Source: Haplodiscus bocki (lineage: Eukaryota). From it: a stretch of DNA of 64,000 nucleotides. This document shows positions 63,890 through 64,000 of the stretch, piece by piece (the first letter of the stretch is position 1; the number at the start of each line of letters is the position of its first letter). Under the pieces are notes generated by a model. It ran no database searches, was not told where the DNA came from, and worked only from the letters and a program-made list of their open reading frames with translations. The stretch is from assembly GCA_965655095.1 (NCBI GenBank), contig OZ296654.1, forward strand, positions 39,928,001-39,992,000, given 5' to 3'. The position numbers were made by a program, and so were the translations under genes.

Positions 63890-64000
63890 GTGATGTACAT
63901 TTTGTTTTTGTCGGCGTCTGATAAAATAACACCCTAATTTTAGCTTAAGCGAACTGAAGGTCCAGTTTTAGCGATTTAAAACCTAAATGAATGCAAAATA

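Larger units (their letters stand above)
45371..64000 (+). repeat. Tandem segmental amplification of intron end + exon 2 + tRNA-like sequence + Polinton left end
   Basis: Exon-2 starts at 45645, 50231, 55565, 60152 and 63531 (spacings 4586, 5334, 4587, 3379). The array runs off the window. Confidence 0.95.

Overview
AT-rich eukaryotic (probably invertebrate animal) DNA made almost entirely of nested mobile elements around the 5' end of one host gene. (1) 1-10.1 kb: a 2.5-kb tandem duplication carrying three paralogous small ORFs, an orphan 308-aa ORF, a degraded class I fusion (env/F-like) gene, then a polypurine tract and a TGTA...TACA LTR. This is the 3' end of an env-bearing LTR retroelement. 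(2) A CACTG-ended non-autonomous DNA element. (3) A degraded CR1/L2-type LINE interrupted by a 5'-truncated RLE-type (CRE-like) retrotransposon with a 12-bp TSD. (4) Six tandem ~1.78-kb units, each made of the 3' end and (ACT)n tail of a second, minus-strand LINE plus flanking DNA. (5) The most notable feature: an 8.4-kb element (19025-27434) inserted precisely into the (AGT)n tract of the first unit, with five empty sites alongside. It encodes an intact 1068-aa SET-domain + zinc-finger + tyrosine recombinase protein and has inverted and reiterated CGCCAG end motifs. (6) Exons 1-2 of an ABCC10/MRP7-like transporter. Exon 2 is present five times, co-amplified with a tRNA-like sequence and the left end of a Polinton/Maverick whose protein-primed DNA polymerase gene appears to contain a 108-nt spliceosomal intron. 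All calls come from reading motifs by eye; no searches were run.
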